DNA of 64,000 nt from Anthoceros angustus (taxonomy: Eukaryota > Plantae > Anthocerotophyta): positions 1-64,000 of the forward strand of contig VJWM01000318.1 in the NCBI GenBank assembly GCA_010909165.1. The letters are read 5' to 3'. The translations under genes and the position numbers were made by a program. The notes under the pieces are model-generated. The model made no database searches. It had not been told where the DNA came from and saw nothing but the letters and a program-made list of their open reading frames with translations. Positions 47,991-58,812 of the stretch are shown piece after piece; position 1 is the first letter of the stretch, and every line of letters starts with the position of its first letter.

Positions 47991-48149
47991 TCACCGAAAA
48001 GCCTGTCTTGCGGTCCATTCGAAAGGTGTATCCTTCTTGGTCAATTGGGTCAAAAGGCGCCTTCTTAGCAAAATCCTTGATGAACCTCTGTAATATCCTA
48101 GTCCTACAAAGGCACGCACTTTGCCTCACCGTTTGGGGTGCGTCCATCT

Positions 48150-48921
48150 CACTATGCCACCTTCTCCTTATCTACCGCAATCCTCTTCTGAAACTCGATG
48201 TGCCAACAAAATACCTTCCGTCATGCCAAAATAACACTGGATGAAGCTTCATGTTGGACTCCGCACGAAAACATTGTCTTAGGTGTCTAGGTGCGCTTCC
48301 TCCAAACACAAAAATCATCCGAAATACCTCCATGAACTTCGAAAATCTCGGAAGATAGCATTCACCACCTGTGGCGGGCGTTGCACAAGCGAAAGGTAGC
48401 TTGGAATAAGCGTAAGTGCCCCAATCGGTTGTGAACGTAGTCTTGTCGATCCTCCCTCCTCAGCGAAATCGATTGTAACCCGAGTACCCATCTAGAGTAT
48501 ACATTTCATGGCCAGCCACCGTGTCGACGCTGTCCATGAAAGGCAAGGTGGTGGTCCTTCGTTGCTTCATTAAGCTTCACGAAATCGACACACCGTACCT
48601 TCCTGCTTCTTAGGTACAATTACAATGGGCGACCCACTCGGTAAGCCGGATAAATCACCCGGCTTCCAAGTATTGGTCCAGCTGATCCTTGACGACCATA
48701 GAATACTTGGGATTCAGCCTGTATTGCTTGATCCTTACAGGAGTGCTGCCCTCCTTCAAATCGATTCGGTGTATCCCCAATTCTTCCGGAATTCCTGTCA
48801 TGTCAGTAATCTTGAAGGCAAACACATCGACATATTCTCTAAGGACCCTACGAAATTCTTCTTTTTCTACCACTCCTAGATGCCTGGAGATCTTGACCAC
48901 CTTGCCGGGTTCTAGCTCCAA
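48150..48921 (-). pseudogene. pol: Reverse transcriptase
   Basis: HRIDLKEGSTPVRIKQYRLNPKYS, EWVA.IVIVPKK, LDGYSGYN, DKTTFTTDWGTYAY, FMEVFxDDF near 48313-48330. Confidence 0.93.
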
Positions 48922-49324
48922 GTCCTCTACTGCGTCTGGATCTACATAAGTCCCTTGATGCTACGCACTATTCACGATCCTTCGTCGGAAATCGCGATCA
49001 TAGGCTCTACCCTTCAAGGCTACTCCTTCTCTATGTGCCTCGTCCTCGACTCCTCCTCTCGACACCATCTACTTGTAGGGGTGTACACCAACTCATTTTA
49101 TTGCGCCACCTCAAGAGGGTCCTCTTCGGTCACCGCCAAGAGCTCACCCGTACTAAGGTGTACCCATTGAGCGGACTCCCCTTCATAGGGTGCCTTGCTC
49201 CATGACACAAAGCGACCTCGAGCCCTACCCTACATGACTTAAATGTAATGCCACCGAAATCAAAGACACAAGCGGTACCATACAACCACGCGCCCGTTCT
49301 CCTCTCTGCCGGACAACTGCGTTG

Positions 49325-49920
49325 AGCACCGGTAAGGCGAGTTAGGAAATAACAGGCGAGCCAATTGTGGTGTTACCATGGTAGGAGATTGTGGAGGAAG
49401 GAAGGGTGAATGATGAAGTAGAAGAGGCGTTGTTGATTGGGGAGAGTTGTGAGGAGGATTAGAGTGTAGGAAAAGCGGAAGGAATACAGGCGATGAGCCT
49501 AAGGGCCAGTCCAAATCTTTTGCCAAGTAGAGGCGCTCCACATGTGGAGAAGAGTGTCTTAGGAGTGAGGGACAGAAGTTGCGGGGTGTGGGTTCAGGGG
49601 GTCACAGGCGCCCGTGATAGACACCTTTAACTTTGTTAAGACGTGAGGCACGCAATTGTGTGATGTCGTTCTAGGTTGAGGCGTGGTGAAATTACTGAAG
49701 CAGTGCGGTGGTGTAGGCTTCTTTGTAGAGGAGGCGTGAGAGGGCACTGCTTGTTTAGAAGGGCTGAGGTGGTATAGCAGCTCACGAGGTAGTGATGGAT
49801 TTCTCAAGATTAAATGATTCCCCAAGTCTCATGGGATGAAACCGCGTCACGAAGCAGCAATTAGGAATAAGAAATGTAGCCGCTAGAGGTGCATCTCGGG
49901 AGCCCAGGATGCCTCCCACA
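49325..49920 (+). repeat. Distal part of a type-A-like LTR
   Basis: Colinear with 2370-2901; ends GCCTCCCACA at 49920. Confidence 0.75.
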
Positions 49921-49989
49921 TCATCCTCGCCTTGGCCACCTCCCTCCTGCCTGCAGCCCAAGCTGCGAATTTTGTCATGATGCACACAC

Positions 49990-50947
49990 CCATTAAATTC
50001 CCTTCCACCATGTCATTACGGCCCATACGCCATCATAGCTTCTGTGGTTTGCACATGCCACCTCCTCTTACAGCCCGGCTGCAAATTCAGCTGCTGCCAT
50101 AGCTTCTCTAGATTCGACTACACGGCCTATCCTTCCTTCTTTTCTCTTGTTGCACCCCTATACTTATCTTGCCATTTTCCTCCTCTTTGCCCTAGCTCTT
50201 CTCTATCCACACTTGCAGGCGCATATACATCACAATGCATGTGAGAGCTCTTCTCCTGACTCTTAGTGTGGCGGCGCCTTCCTGCGGTGTTGGCGCTTGC
50301 TCACCCCTTCAAGTTGTGACCTCCTACACATGCACCCGGATTATAAAAAGATAACAGGGGTTAGAGATGGTAACTGCAATCTACTCTTTGCCCATGGATA
50401 TACCCGTTGCTTTGCTTTTCCTGACGGTTGATTGGGTTTCCCGTTCCTCTTATACTAAGATACTATTCCCCCTAGTTTCCTAACGGCCCATTTAATCTAG
50501 CTTTTATTTACCTGTCGGCCCATTTATCTAGTCCACTATTGGTGGGCACACATGATCAGTGGATATCTCCCTATCATAATTTCCCTTTTTGGCGAGGCGT
50601 CTTGTTCCACGGTGGTACATAGGCCCTCCCGTGGTGATGCTCCCTCCTTTCTCAACCTACCGGGCGTGAGTGTGGCCCAGCGGCCCTACGTTGGTAGTAC
50701 CTTGACCACCAATCTTTCCAGGAAATTTGCCCTCTTTCGCATAAATGCAGGGATCGTTTTGACCACGTTCTTCTTCTTCACGAGATATTTTCTTCGCTTC
50801 CCTAACGATGTTTACAACTCCGACAGCTTTAAGATTCTCGGAAGTTTTCACGGCGTACCTCCTCTTCAGCGTTTCTTAGCCAAAAAAATCAAAATTGTTA
50901 CGTCCTTTGGCGGTTTGAATTTGGTTGCCCAAACTTTTCGTTCCACT
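49990..50947 (-). repeat. Proximal part of a diverged giant LTR, minus strand
   Basis: GTTGCCCAAACTTTTCGTTCCAC (50924-50946) is the reverse complement of the LTR start; abuts Copia integrase. Confidence 0.65.
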
Positions 50948-51545
50948 TCATGGAGATATTCTGGACTTACCCCCTCCGTTTAAAGTCGGACACTTTTGAG
51001 GTCTTCCAGAGATGGGCTGGTCATATAACCCGCAGGCGAGAACCCATGATGCTTGCTCCAACAACGCAGCAAGCCCGGCAGCACGAGAATTCCACTGTAG
51101 CAGTTTACTGTGGAGAGCAGCGTTATCGTCAACTTATTGTGCCCTATACCCGGCGAGCGGTGTTGCGAGCAGCAGTAACCCGGAACTAACTGCTGGGCAT
51201 GTGAGCATGTTAGAGTGGTCAGGTTTGAGCAAAGCATACTAGGCTGAAGCAGTGAATTCTGACAACTTACATTCTCATGAGGCTTCTCACAAGTGCTGAT
51301 TGGATGGAAAGACCCCGGTTCCCAGGAGTTTTTTGGCGTAGGCCAGGTTGTTGCACTAAGGTCTTTAGCTCTCTGGTATGCACTACATCCCATGAGGCGA
51401 GAAAATTAGAGACGAGCTCGCCCACTTATTTTTGTAGGTTATGGTGAAAAGCGGCTTACCTGGCTATTGGATCCACCCGCTAACCACATCGATGTTTGCT
51501 AGAAGCGTGACCTTCAAGGAGCTTGTGTGCCCTGCCAAGCCATAT
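50948..51545 (+). pseudogene. pol: Ty1/Copia integrase fragment
   Basis: RYxWxY..KSDTFEVF, PYT..GVAxxxNR, SGLSKAY*AEAVN, GKTP, FVGY, ARSVTFKE. Confidence 0.85.
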
Positions 51546-52699
51546 TTTGATCATCTGTCACATGCTCAAGAGACTGTCACTCATGTGGATCTTACAGATC
51601 TGGACGATCCTACAGAATTCCCACAAGATGACATACCTGGAGTTGGTCCTGTTTGATAAAATAGCTTACTATTAGGGCACTCTTCACTAGGGCACCTAGG
51701 ACTTAATAATTAATTTAGTCCTTAGGGCTCTAGGTAGTTTCTTTTAGTAGTTATTTAATTGGTTAGTTGTTACAACCACTTATTGGTTACAACTACCTTG
51801 CCTACATAAAGGCATGTACTTTCTATTATGAATGTAATGCAACACATATTGCTAGAGCTTGTGTATGATTCTCATCATGGTATCGAGCACACTTGCTCTT
51901 TGTTTGCTTGCATCCTCATGCATCTAAGTAGCTTATCTAGGAGACACTTTCTAATCTAGCATTTGCCTAGATGGATTGTGTTTATCCTAGAATTGCTATC
52001 TTTCATGCATTCTTTATTCTAACATTTCTCTTCTAACAATGCTTTTATGCACTAATTCTTTGTCCTTCCTCCATGGATTTGTGTTCCCTTAGAAGGGAAG
52101 GCATAGAGTTAAGAAGAGAAGTAGTCCCAAGACAACAAGAACAAATTAGGAACACATAGAAGCAATAGAAGACAACAAGCTATAGAGGAGAGATAGAGAA
52201 ACCTCCTCTTGTATAGCAAACTTCATTGCATCTATTTTAATTTCTAAACCGGATCAAGGGAAGTTTATCAAGCTAGCTAGGCGTGATTTGCTAGAAGTTT
52301 TTAGTCCAATTCACGTCAAGGCATTAGAATTAGCTCTCCAACATATCCCAAATTTGAATCTGGTATTAGTACTCCTTTATCTTCTAGTCCAAGACAAAAA
52401 TAGCATAGAAACTCTTAGATTTCAAGAAATTGATAGTCAATTAGCAACTCTTAGAATCCAATCTTTGATCTTAAGGAGAATTATCTGAATTAAGGACAAA
52501 ATTGTCTATTCTCTCTAAGGTTGATAATGCGGAGATTTGAGCATGCTATCATCATCCGAATCGATTATGATGCAAGAGAAGAGTTTCGCGTGCAATAGAA
52601 GATGAGAGGTCATGCACGAGGCCTAGTCCTCTAAATCACCTACAATGGCTGGAGTGATCAATGATGAAGAACAAACTGTTCCTAATTCCCCATTGGGTA

Positions 52700-53560
52700 A
52701 TGATAATGCTAACACTTCATTGCATTATCATTATGGTGACTTCAAGAGAAAGATAGATTCAATGGAAGGATTATGACATCGGTCATTGAGAATGCGAGGA
52801 GCTTTGCGGCAAAGAGACCTTTGGGGCATCGTCGATGGATCAATTCCAAGGCCACACGCCCGATTTGACGCGTGAACTTCAACCTTCCAGGGCCTTGAGG
52901 GGCGAGAAGATTTTAGGTGGACTTTCTCAACATATGGTGAGACATGTCGCAAAGACCTCCAAGGATATGTGGACTCACCTTGCTCAATTATATTCATCTC
53001 GAGATGTAATGAGTATTGTTGCGGCTTCACGTAACCGCAACCTCTCAATGAAGGAGTCCGACACCATCGAACATCATGTTAATGCATTTCGATTGGCACG
53101 ATCCCATTTGGAATCTTCAATGGCGTACCTATCTCGTAGATGGAGGCTTTCATTCTCTTATCTTCATTGCCACCTTCTTATAGGGCTTTCATTACAACTC
53201 AAAATGCGTGATTCGCAATGTCGGAAAAGCTGCGGATGAAGATCCAAATGAAGAGCGGACATCGTGTTTCCGAACTTATTGGAGCATTGCTACAGGAGGA
53301 GGCAAGCATCATCACTCCGAGCCAACAAGCAGTGATGTATTCACAAAGGGTAGAGGAAGAGGAGGCGAGGCGAGGCCGAGGTTCTACTTTCCATGACCCC
53401 CATATCCTGCACATACTTTCCATGATGGAGAGGCATCTTCTTCAACACGCAAGAGGTAACAAGAAGGCGGGATTATATGTAATTGGTGCGTAATCCCAAA
53501 TCACATGGAAAAGGATTGTCGTAAGAAGAAGAATGGGGAACCTCAGGAGGCCCCACAGCT
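52700..53560 (+). pseudogene. gag: Copia gag
   Basis: LRMRG..RDLWGIVDG near 52790, KDMWTHLAQLY, CCHC knuckle (CNWC..PNHMEKDCRKKK) near 53480-53525. Confidence 0.75.
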
Positions 53561-53568
53561 AACATTGC

Positions 53569-54090
53569 GTGAAACAATCTTCCTCAACTCCAGCGGTGCT
53601 CCTGTGCTTGGCTTCTTCCAAGCCCTCCAATACCTCATGGTACTTAGGCAGTGGAGCTACTTCACATATTTGTTACAATGTAAACTCTTTTGAGTCTTAC
53701 TCACCACCACGGGACATCTCCTCCGGAGATGATCACAACCTACCCATTGCGGGTGTTGGTTCAGTTGTATTCAAGTGTGATTCAGGTCAGGTTCTTCATC
53801 TTCATCAAGTCCTCCATGTTCCTTCAATGTGCAAGAATCTAGTATCAGCTGCAAGTCTTTGTCAAGAACACACTCTGCAGGTGATCCTTTATGCAGATAG
53901 TTGTCTTCTCTCTTTCATAAGTGATAGAAACTATACAATCTGCACAGGCACTTTAGATGATGGTCTCTATAGATTGTCAGTACAAGTGGGAGCCACCCAT
54001 TCTGCTAATGTTGCCATTCCAAACCCAGCGACACCTACCCAAACCATGCTTTGGCATTGTCGCCTTGGTCATCCTAATAGTCAAAATTAA
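53569..54090 (+). CDS. pol: Copia protease and GAG-pre-integrase region
   Basis: 173-aa ORF: WYLGSGATSHIC (catalytic D replaced by G), VLHVPSMCKNLVS, LYRL, LWHCRLGHPN. Confidence 0.85.
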   Translation: MKQSSSTPAVLLCLASSKPSNTSWYLGSGATSHICYNVNSFESYSPPRDISSGDDHNLPIAGVGSVVFKCDSGQVLHLHQVLHVPSMCKNLVSAASLCQEHTLQVILYADSCLLSFISDRNYTICTGTLDDGLYRLSVQVGATHSANVAIPNPATPTQTMLWHCRLGHPNSQN

Positions 54091-54199
54091 TCCAAATGTC
54101 TAAGGGAGCTTTATATAGAACCCTTGCCTTGCAAAGGTTGAACACCTACCTTGGTGCGAATCTTGTGTCCTCACTACATCAAGAGCCTTTCAAAATAAA

Positions 54200-54380
54200 T
54201 CTCCACAAAGGGCCAAGTCACCTTTAGAGATAGTGCACATGACATTTGTGGACCCTTGTCTACACCCTCCTTTAGTGGTAGTAGATATTTTTGACCTTCA
54301 CGGATGATTTCTCTCGTTTTGTCTTTTCCTACATCGAAAAACAAGAGTGATGCCTTTCCTTCTTCAAGGACTACACGAAA
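54200..54380 (+). pseudogene. pol: Start of Copia integrase core
   Basis: HxDICGP..PSFSGSRY..TFTDDFSRFV..KSDAF. Confidence 0.8.
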
Positions 54381-54700
54381 TGCCTCATGTAGTGCATTGT
54401 GCACAAAACCAATCTCCTTGAGTGTCGTCCGGAGGTTATGAACCTTGTCCATGAGTGGAGGTTGTCTTGACATCCTTTGTCATGTGGACTACTCTCCCCC
54501 GGGTTGCTCGCCATTTTCTTCTTGCCTTCACAGCTGCCTCCTGCGGAATCTTGGTTCATTCTTGATTAGTTCTATGTGGAACTTCCCTTTGGTGTACTTC
54601 CCATCTCAAGCGTGAAAGCAAACACATGTCGCGATGCCTCCAACAACTCCTTTAGGGCCGTTGATTGCTCTTCAACTCGGGCAACCACTCATGTGGTGTG
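54380..54700 (-). pseudogene. pol: N-terminal start of reverse transcriptase
   Basis: LKELLEASRHVFAFTL, then across a frameshift MGKYTKGKFHIELIKNEP; typical Gypsy pre-RT segment. Confidence 0.6.
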
Positions 54701-54839
54701 GCTCGGATGGCACGCTTCCTCTGCTTTCTCCTTGCCCTCAAACTCGCCTTCTCCTGTTGAGATGCGAGTCGAATATCCTTCACCAGACCCTGCTTCAACC
54801 CGCCTTCTTGGTTTTGAAGTTGGTAGCGACTCAGTAGCT

Positions 54840-55725
54840 AAACCAGTCATCATGTTCATGTCAAATGCTTGCCCAAGCAATCGACAGTTCCTTCTCGGTC
54901 ACTCCGGTGTCTTGTGGCTCCGGCAAAATCCATGGCCAACTCCCTCTGTGGTGGCTCTCCCAAAACCTCGCCATGTCATCACCACAACGCAGGGCCATGG
55001 TTCCTGAAGGCGTAAGACTTGGACTTGGACACAAAGGTTGGCCAAGCCGCCATGGGGTGTCCGGGCGTGTTCACGAAGTCGGCGGCAACGGTCTTGATGA
55101 CTTGTTGGGCATGCCTTCCGATGCTAGCACATCCTTGACAACATGATTAGGTCGCTTGGTGAGCGACCTCGCACACTTCAAATGTTCCAAGGAGCAAGGT
55201 TAGTCCACATGGACCTCAACCTATGAGCCCTCGAACCAAATTAGGCATCCAATAGAAGCTCGACCCAACACTCCTCGGATCGTGGCAAAATCCTCCGAAC
55301 TTGCTTCTTCACGCTCATGCATCTTGGCACATTCTCCAACATGTATCCACAAGGCCTTTCTTGCCCCTTTACGGATCAAGCGCAAGATCCTCATCAGTCA
55401 TAGAACAATGCTGTTCGTGGATCCTTCAGACCTTGACCCTTGCCTGCGAGGATAGTCCTTGACACTCCCAACTGCGATGACAAGGTCCACGGTTGCCCAA
55501 GACAACTCAAATGGGACAACCCTATCATGCGAACATCCATCGGCCTTGGTAACCCTTCGACTCCCACGTCGGAGGTTAGGTACTCCCCATCAAGTCTCTT
55601 ACGCGCACGTGACACAATCCTTGCTTTTGGATCCGGGTCACAATGCACGTATCTTCGCACTTTGATGCCACACTTTAGCGCTGAAGCGATGCCTCCAAAG
55701 AGTTCCACGACTATGCCGTCTTCCA
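54840..55725 (-). pseudogene. C5 cytosine DNA methyltransferase domain inside the retrotransposon polyprotein
   Basis: Motif I VVELFGGIA (55720-55690); IV VDLVIA(G)WECQGLSLAGKGQGLKDPR..LFYD (WECQ 55459-55470); VI YMLENVP (ENV 55328-55336); VIII LDA*FGSRAHRLRSMWTN (55260-55200); X LLGQAFDMN (54854-54880). Confidence 0.88.
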
Positions 55726-56179
55726 GGTCGCCATGTGATGACAGGTGTTTAGGTCACAGGCTCAACCCTAGGCAAGAACTTACGAGTTCTCGGCTCATAG
55801 GACCTTGGTCCTCTTGCACCATCCTCCACAGCTTTTGCACGGCTCATTTGCAGTCACCAGCTCCGTCCGGTGACTTGAAGAACCTCCTCAGGGTGGTTGC
55901 AACCCTAGCTTGTCTTCCTCCTCCTCGTGAAATCCTCCATCGGTCGATTGCGGTTGTTAGACACACGCCAAGAGGTTCAAGCACGTATGGCGTGTCCTTC
56001 ACTCTGGCCAAACCGGGTAGACTGTTGGCAATGAGGTTCTCATGATCCTTGCCATGCACGAGAGGGATGCGGGCAATCCGTTCATCGGTTTTGCTCCAGC
56101 TTCTCCAGCCGGTCGATAGTAGGCATCTCGTCCACAAATCCACCATGACTCGGTTTGTACAAAGCGTCCGCTCCCAAGA

Positions 56180-56470
56180 CATCAAATGTATATCGGTGAC
56201 CAAGCGGTGTACCTCGACAAAGGTGAAGTCTGCTGTTCTTGGTTTGAATGAAACCTGTACCTTGTCACCCCCAACACATGCTCCGTGGTCCCAGCTGCGG
56301 TCTGGATCTTCCACTTGGTTTCCTTCAACCTTTCTTGGTGGAGACCCAACGCTTCCTTCACTCTTCTTCCAACGATCACCGGCTGTGCTCCGGTGTCAAT
56401 CAACACCCTCCTTGGTGCGAATCCATTGATTTCAATGTGCCTCTCCCGATTGTTGACCAAAGCCACCCCC
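56180..56470 (-). CDS. pol: Retroviral-type aspartic protease
   Basis: IEINGFAPRRVLIDTGAQPVIVG; DTG at 56397-56389; KIQTAAG downstream. Confidence 0.88.
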
Positions 56471-56899
56471 ACTCGTGCAGCATTCCGCTTCTCCACAGAG
56501 ATGCTTGGTTCGGAGGTCAGCAATGACATCATTGCTACCTGCTGTGGCAAATCTTGGACACTTGCTTCGTCTTCAAGGGTTGTCAACATCCGAGTCAAAC
56601 CCACGACTTCCTTCACGCTCAACCCCATGTCTTGTTGAAACATGGCATCTCAGGCTTTTGTGCCATCTCCGTATCTGCGCATGGGTTTCTCCACATCGCC
56701 CACTCTGGACTTTGATGTTGCTCCCAGTTGCTCCTGTTGGCTCAAACAAGCGACTTTGGCATCTTGGCATAGGTTCGGGAAGAGGATCCCGAAGCTTCCT
56801 TCCGTGTCTTCCGCACTGCAGGTGTCAAGACGTCCTCTTCTTCCTCTGAGCTATCTTCTCTCGTAGCTGGCAGAGGTTTCTTCCCCTTGCCCTTGGATC

Positions 56900-58100
56900 T
56901 GGTCACAGTCGCCATGTATCCAAGCTTGTGCTCATCTTCTTCGTCCTCTGATGATGAACTGCTGCTCTCCTTGATCTTCGCCGCACCAACTTCTCCAGCT
57001 TTGCGAGGCGTGCCACGTAGTCCATCGTCTTCTTTGATGCTTCCGTTTCTTTTGTCCACGGGACTTCGGTGCCTCCTCCACAGGCGCCTTTGCTCTTCGC
57101 GATTTTGTGGATGAGGTTGGCCGGATGCATTGGCGGGGTTGCTGCTCGATAACCCGTGAGCCGCAATTCGGATGCTTCTCCCAACATGCCGCTTCATTGT
57201 GCCGTACCTCCCACCTAGGGCATGGCTCCTCACCCTTGACTCCTCCGAATGCATGCTCGCACTCATGAGGGGAATGGTCCGTCCTCGGCACCTCACGCAG
57301 GGCTCGTCACTTGGGGCGTGTGGGTGGCTTGTCTCGCCGAGCTCCTCCACTCGACCTCCGTCGGTCATGTCCACCACTCCTACTTGTCTTTGGAGTAATC
57401 ACTTGCAACAAGAGAGAAAGTGTCCTATCTTGTCGACCATCTCGTACACTTCCTTGAGGGTGTGTTGTTGCCGTCTTGTGCACCGCTTGTTGCACCTTCA
57501 TGCGCGCATATGGCAATGCTGCAAGTACTTCTCTGCGGCGATCGGTCACTCATGATCTTGGTGTCACGTACCAAGCGGTCGATTCTTGATAAGCCATCTT
57601 GGCGGTCTCGACTTCATCTTGAAGTGTGTCACCGGAGATCTTCTCATCCGTGCTTGCGAAACTCCGGCGGAAGATGTCAAACATCTCTTGATGGGATCGT
57701 GCCCACTCGGTGCCACTTTCCCCTTGGTTCCTCGGAGCTTGAGCCTACTCACTGGTCCTCGGATGCTCAACAACCTCGCCTTGTGCTCGCGATAACGCCA
57801 ATGCTTCATCCCCAAGTACTTGCATTTGGATGAAGCCGTATCGCTTCGTGTATCCGGTCTTCAATTCCATCTCCGCACACACTGCTTCTCGATGAAGTCC
57901 TCCGGTGGCAAGGTGCCGCTCGTCTGTGAACAACTCCATTCGATCCTTGTCTCCTCCCATCTTGGCGACTCCAAGAGACAAGTCCTCCTCGCTTCGCTTG
58001 AGTTGTCGGCGGCACTAACGTGTCTTGTGTGTTGCCACTCACGGATCCTTCAAAGATTGTTGATTGTGTCTGGGTTCCTCCGTCCTTGGTGGTACCAAAA
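56900..58100 (-). pseudogene. gag: gag of the DNMT-bearing Gypsy
   Basis: PPEDFIEK-like motif, LGDEALA..YREHK, knuckle-like C..C..H near 57470-57520, then YMATVTRSKGK before PR. Confidence 0.6.
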
Positions 58101-58560
58101 TCGAGGTTACTTCTCTCTTGGTCGGGACTTGAATTCGCTCGATGGACTTGCTGGTTGGTAGCTCCGTCCGGATCGAGTGTGTCGCATGCACTCCAGGCGG
58201 TTAGTGGCTAGATCAAACCCTTAATCAAGGTTAACACACCCGCTATCTTAGATCGTGATTAGTGAAACCTCTAAGTATCTATGCATGTTAAAATTGCATA
58301 CAAATACTCTGCAGGCTATATGTCAAAGCTGGGTGAGTTGGATAGCAAAGGCATAAGAACTCCAGTTAAGCACCGTGGGGTGGATCAGTACTGGATGGGG
58401 TGCCAACCTAGGATTTTGACAGAAAGTGAAATCATGACATACCCATGTCTATCACTTCCCTTATCCCTTGGAATCAGGGCCCAAGAGTAAAATACTCTTG
58501 TTTCTCCCTTGGTTGGTTGGCCTTAAAGGCCAGCCCCTTAGGCCTCATTCCTCTCCTTGG

Positions 58561-58689
58561 TAGGCTTCTTCCTCCTCTCCTTGGCCTTGGACTTGGCTTC
58601 GCCTCCTCTCCTTGGCCTTGGACTTGGGCTTCTTGCCTCCTCTCCTTGGCCTTGGACTTGGGCTTCTTCCTCCTCTCCTTGGCCTTGGG
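58561..58689. repeat. ~33 bp tandem repeat x3.6
   Basis: Unit CCTCCTCTCCTTGGCCTTGGACTTGGGCTTCTT at 58571, 58602, 58636, 58669. Confidence 0.9.
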
Positions 58690-58812
58690 CCGGTCCTCTC
58701 TGGGCCTCAAGCCTTGGGCACACTTTAGAGTCCCTTGCCCTGCTTGCAAGAGCTGGCGTGCGTCGTAGCCTCGCCTCGCCTAGCATTTTCTAGCGCCTAG
58801 GGTCAGCATCAA

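Larger units (their letters stand above)
44925..49250 (-). mobile_element. pol: Minus-strand A-family Gypsy: pre-RT, RT, RH, linker, complete integrase, PPT, start of 3' LTR
   Basis: Domains listed separately; PPT 45684-45693; LTR starts at 45681 (TGTGG on minus strand) and matches the type-A LTR. Confidence 0.88.
51654..54380 (+). mobile_element. 5' half of a Ty1/Copia element (LTR, PBS, gag, PR, start of INT)
   Basis: 224-bp LTR TGAT...ATCA (51654-51877), iMet-type PBS TGGTATCGAGC (51878-51888), domains listed separately; truncated near 54380. Confidence 0.85.
54380..58800 (-). mobile_element. Gypsy-type retrotransposon fragment with gag-PR-DNMT-RT(N-terminus) polyprotein
   Basis: Ordered domains on the minus strand; LTR and PBS not identified; RT cut at the Copia junction. 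Confidence 0.8.

Noticed and set aside
53630-53670. Novel protease chemistry from WYLGSG instead of WYLDSG
   Set aside because: A single A>G change in a decayed or error-prone copy is the simpler explanation.
54840-55725. Host DNMT3/DRM gene or bacterial contamination
   Set aside because: No introns or host domains are visible, and it is collinear on one strand between a retroviral protease and an RT start, inside a plant retrotransposon cluster.
58390-58410. PBS of the DNMT-bearing element (TGGCACCCC on the minus strand)
   Set aside because: Match to a tRNA 3' end is too short and no adjacent LTR CA end could be shown.
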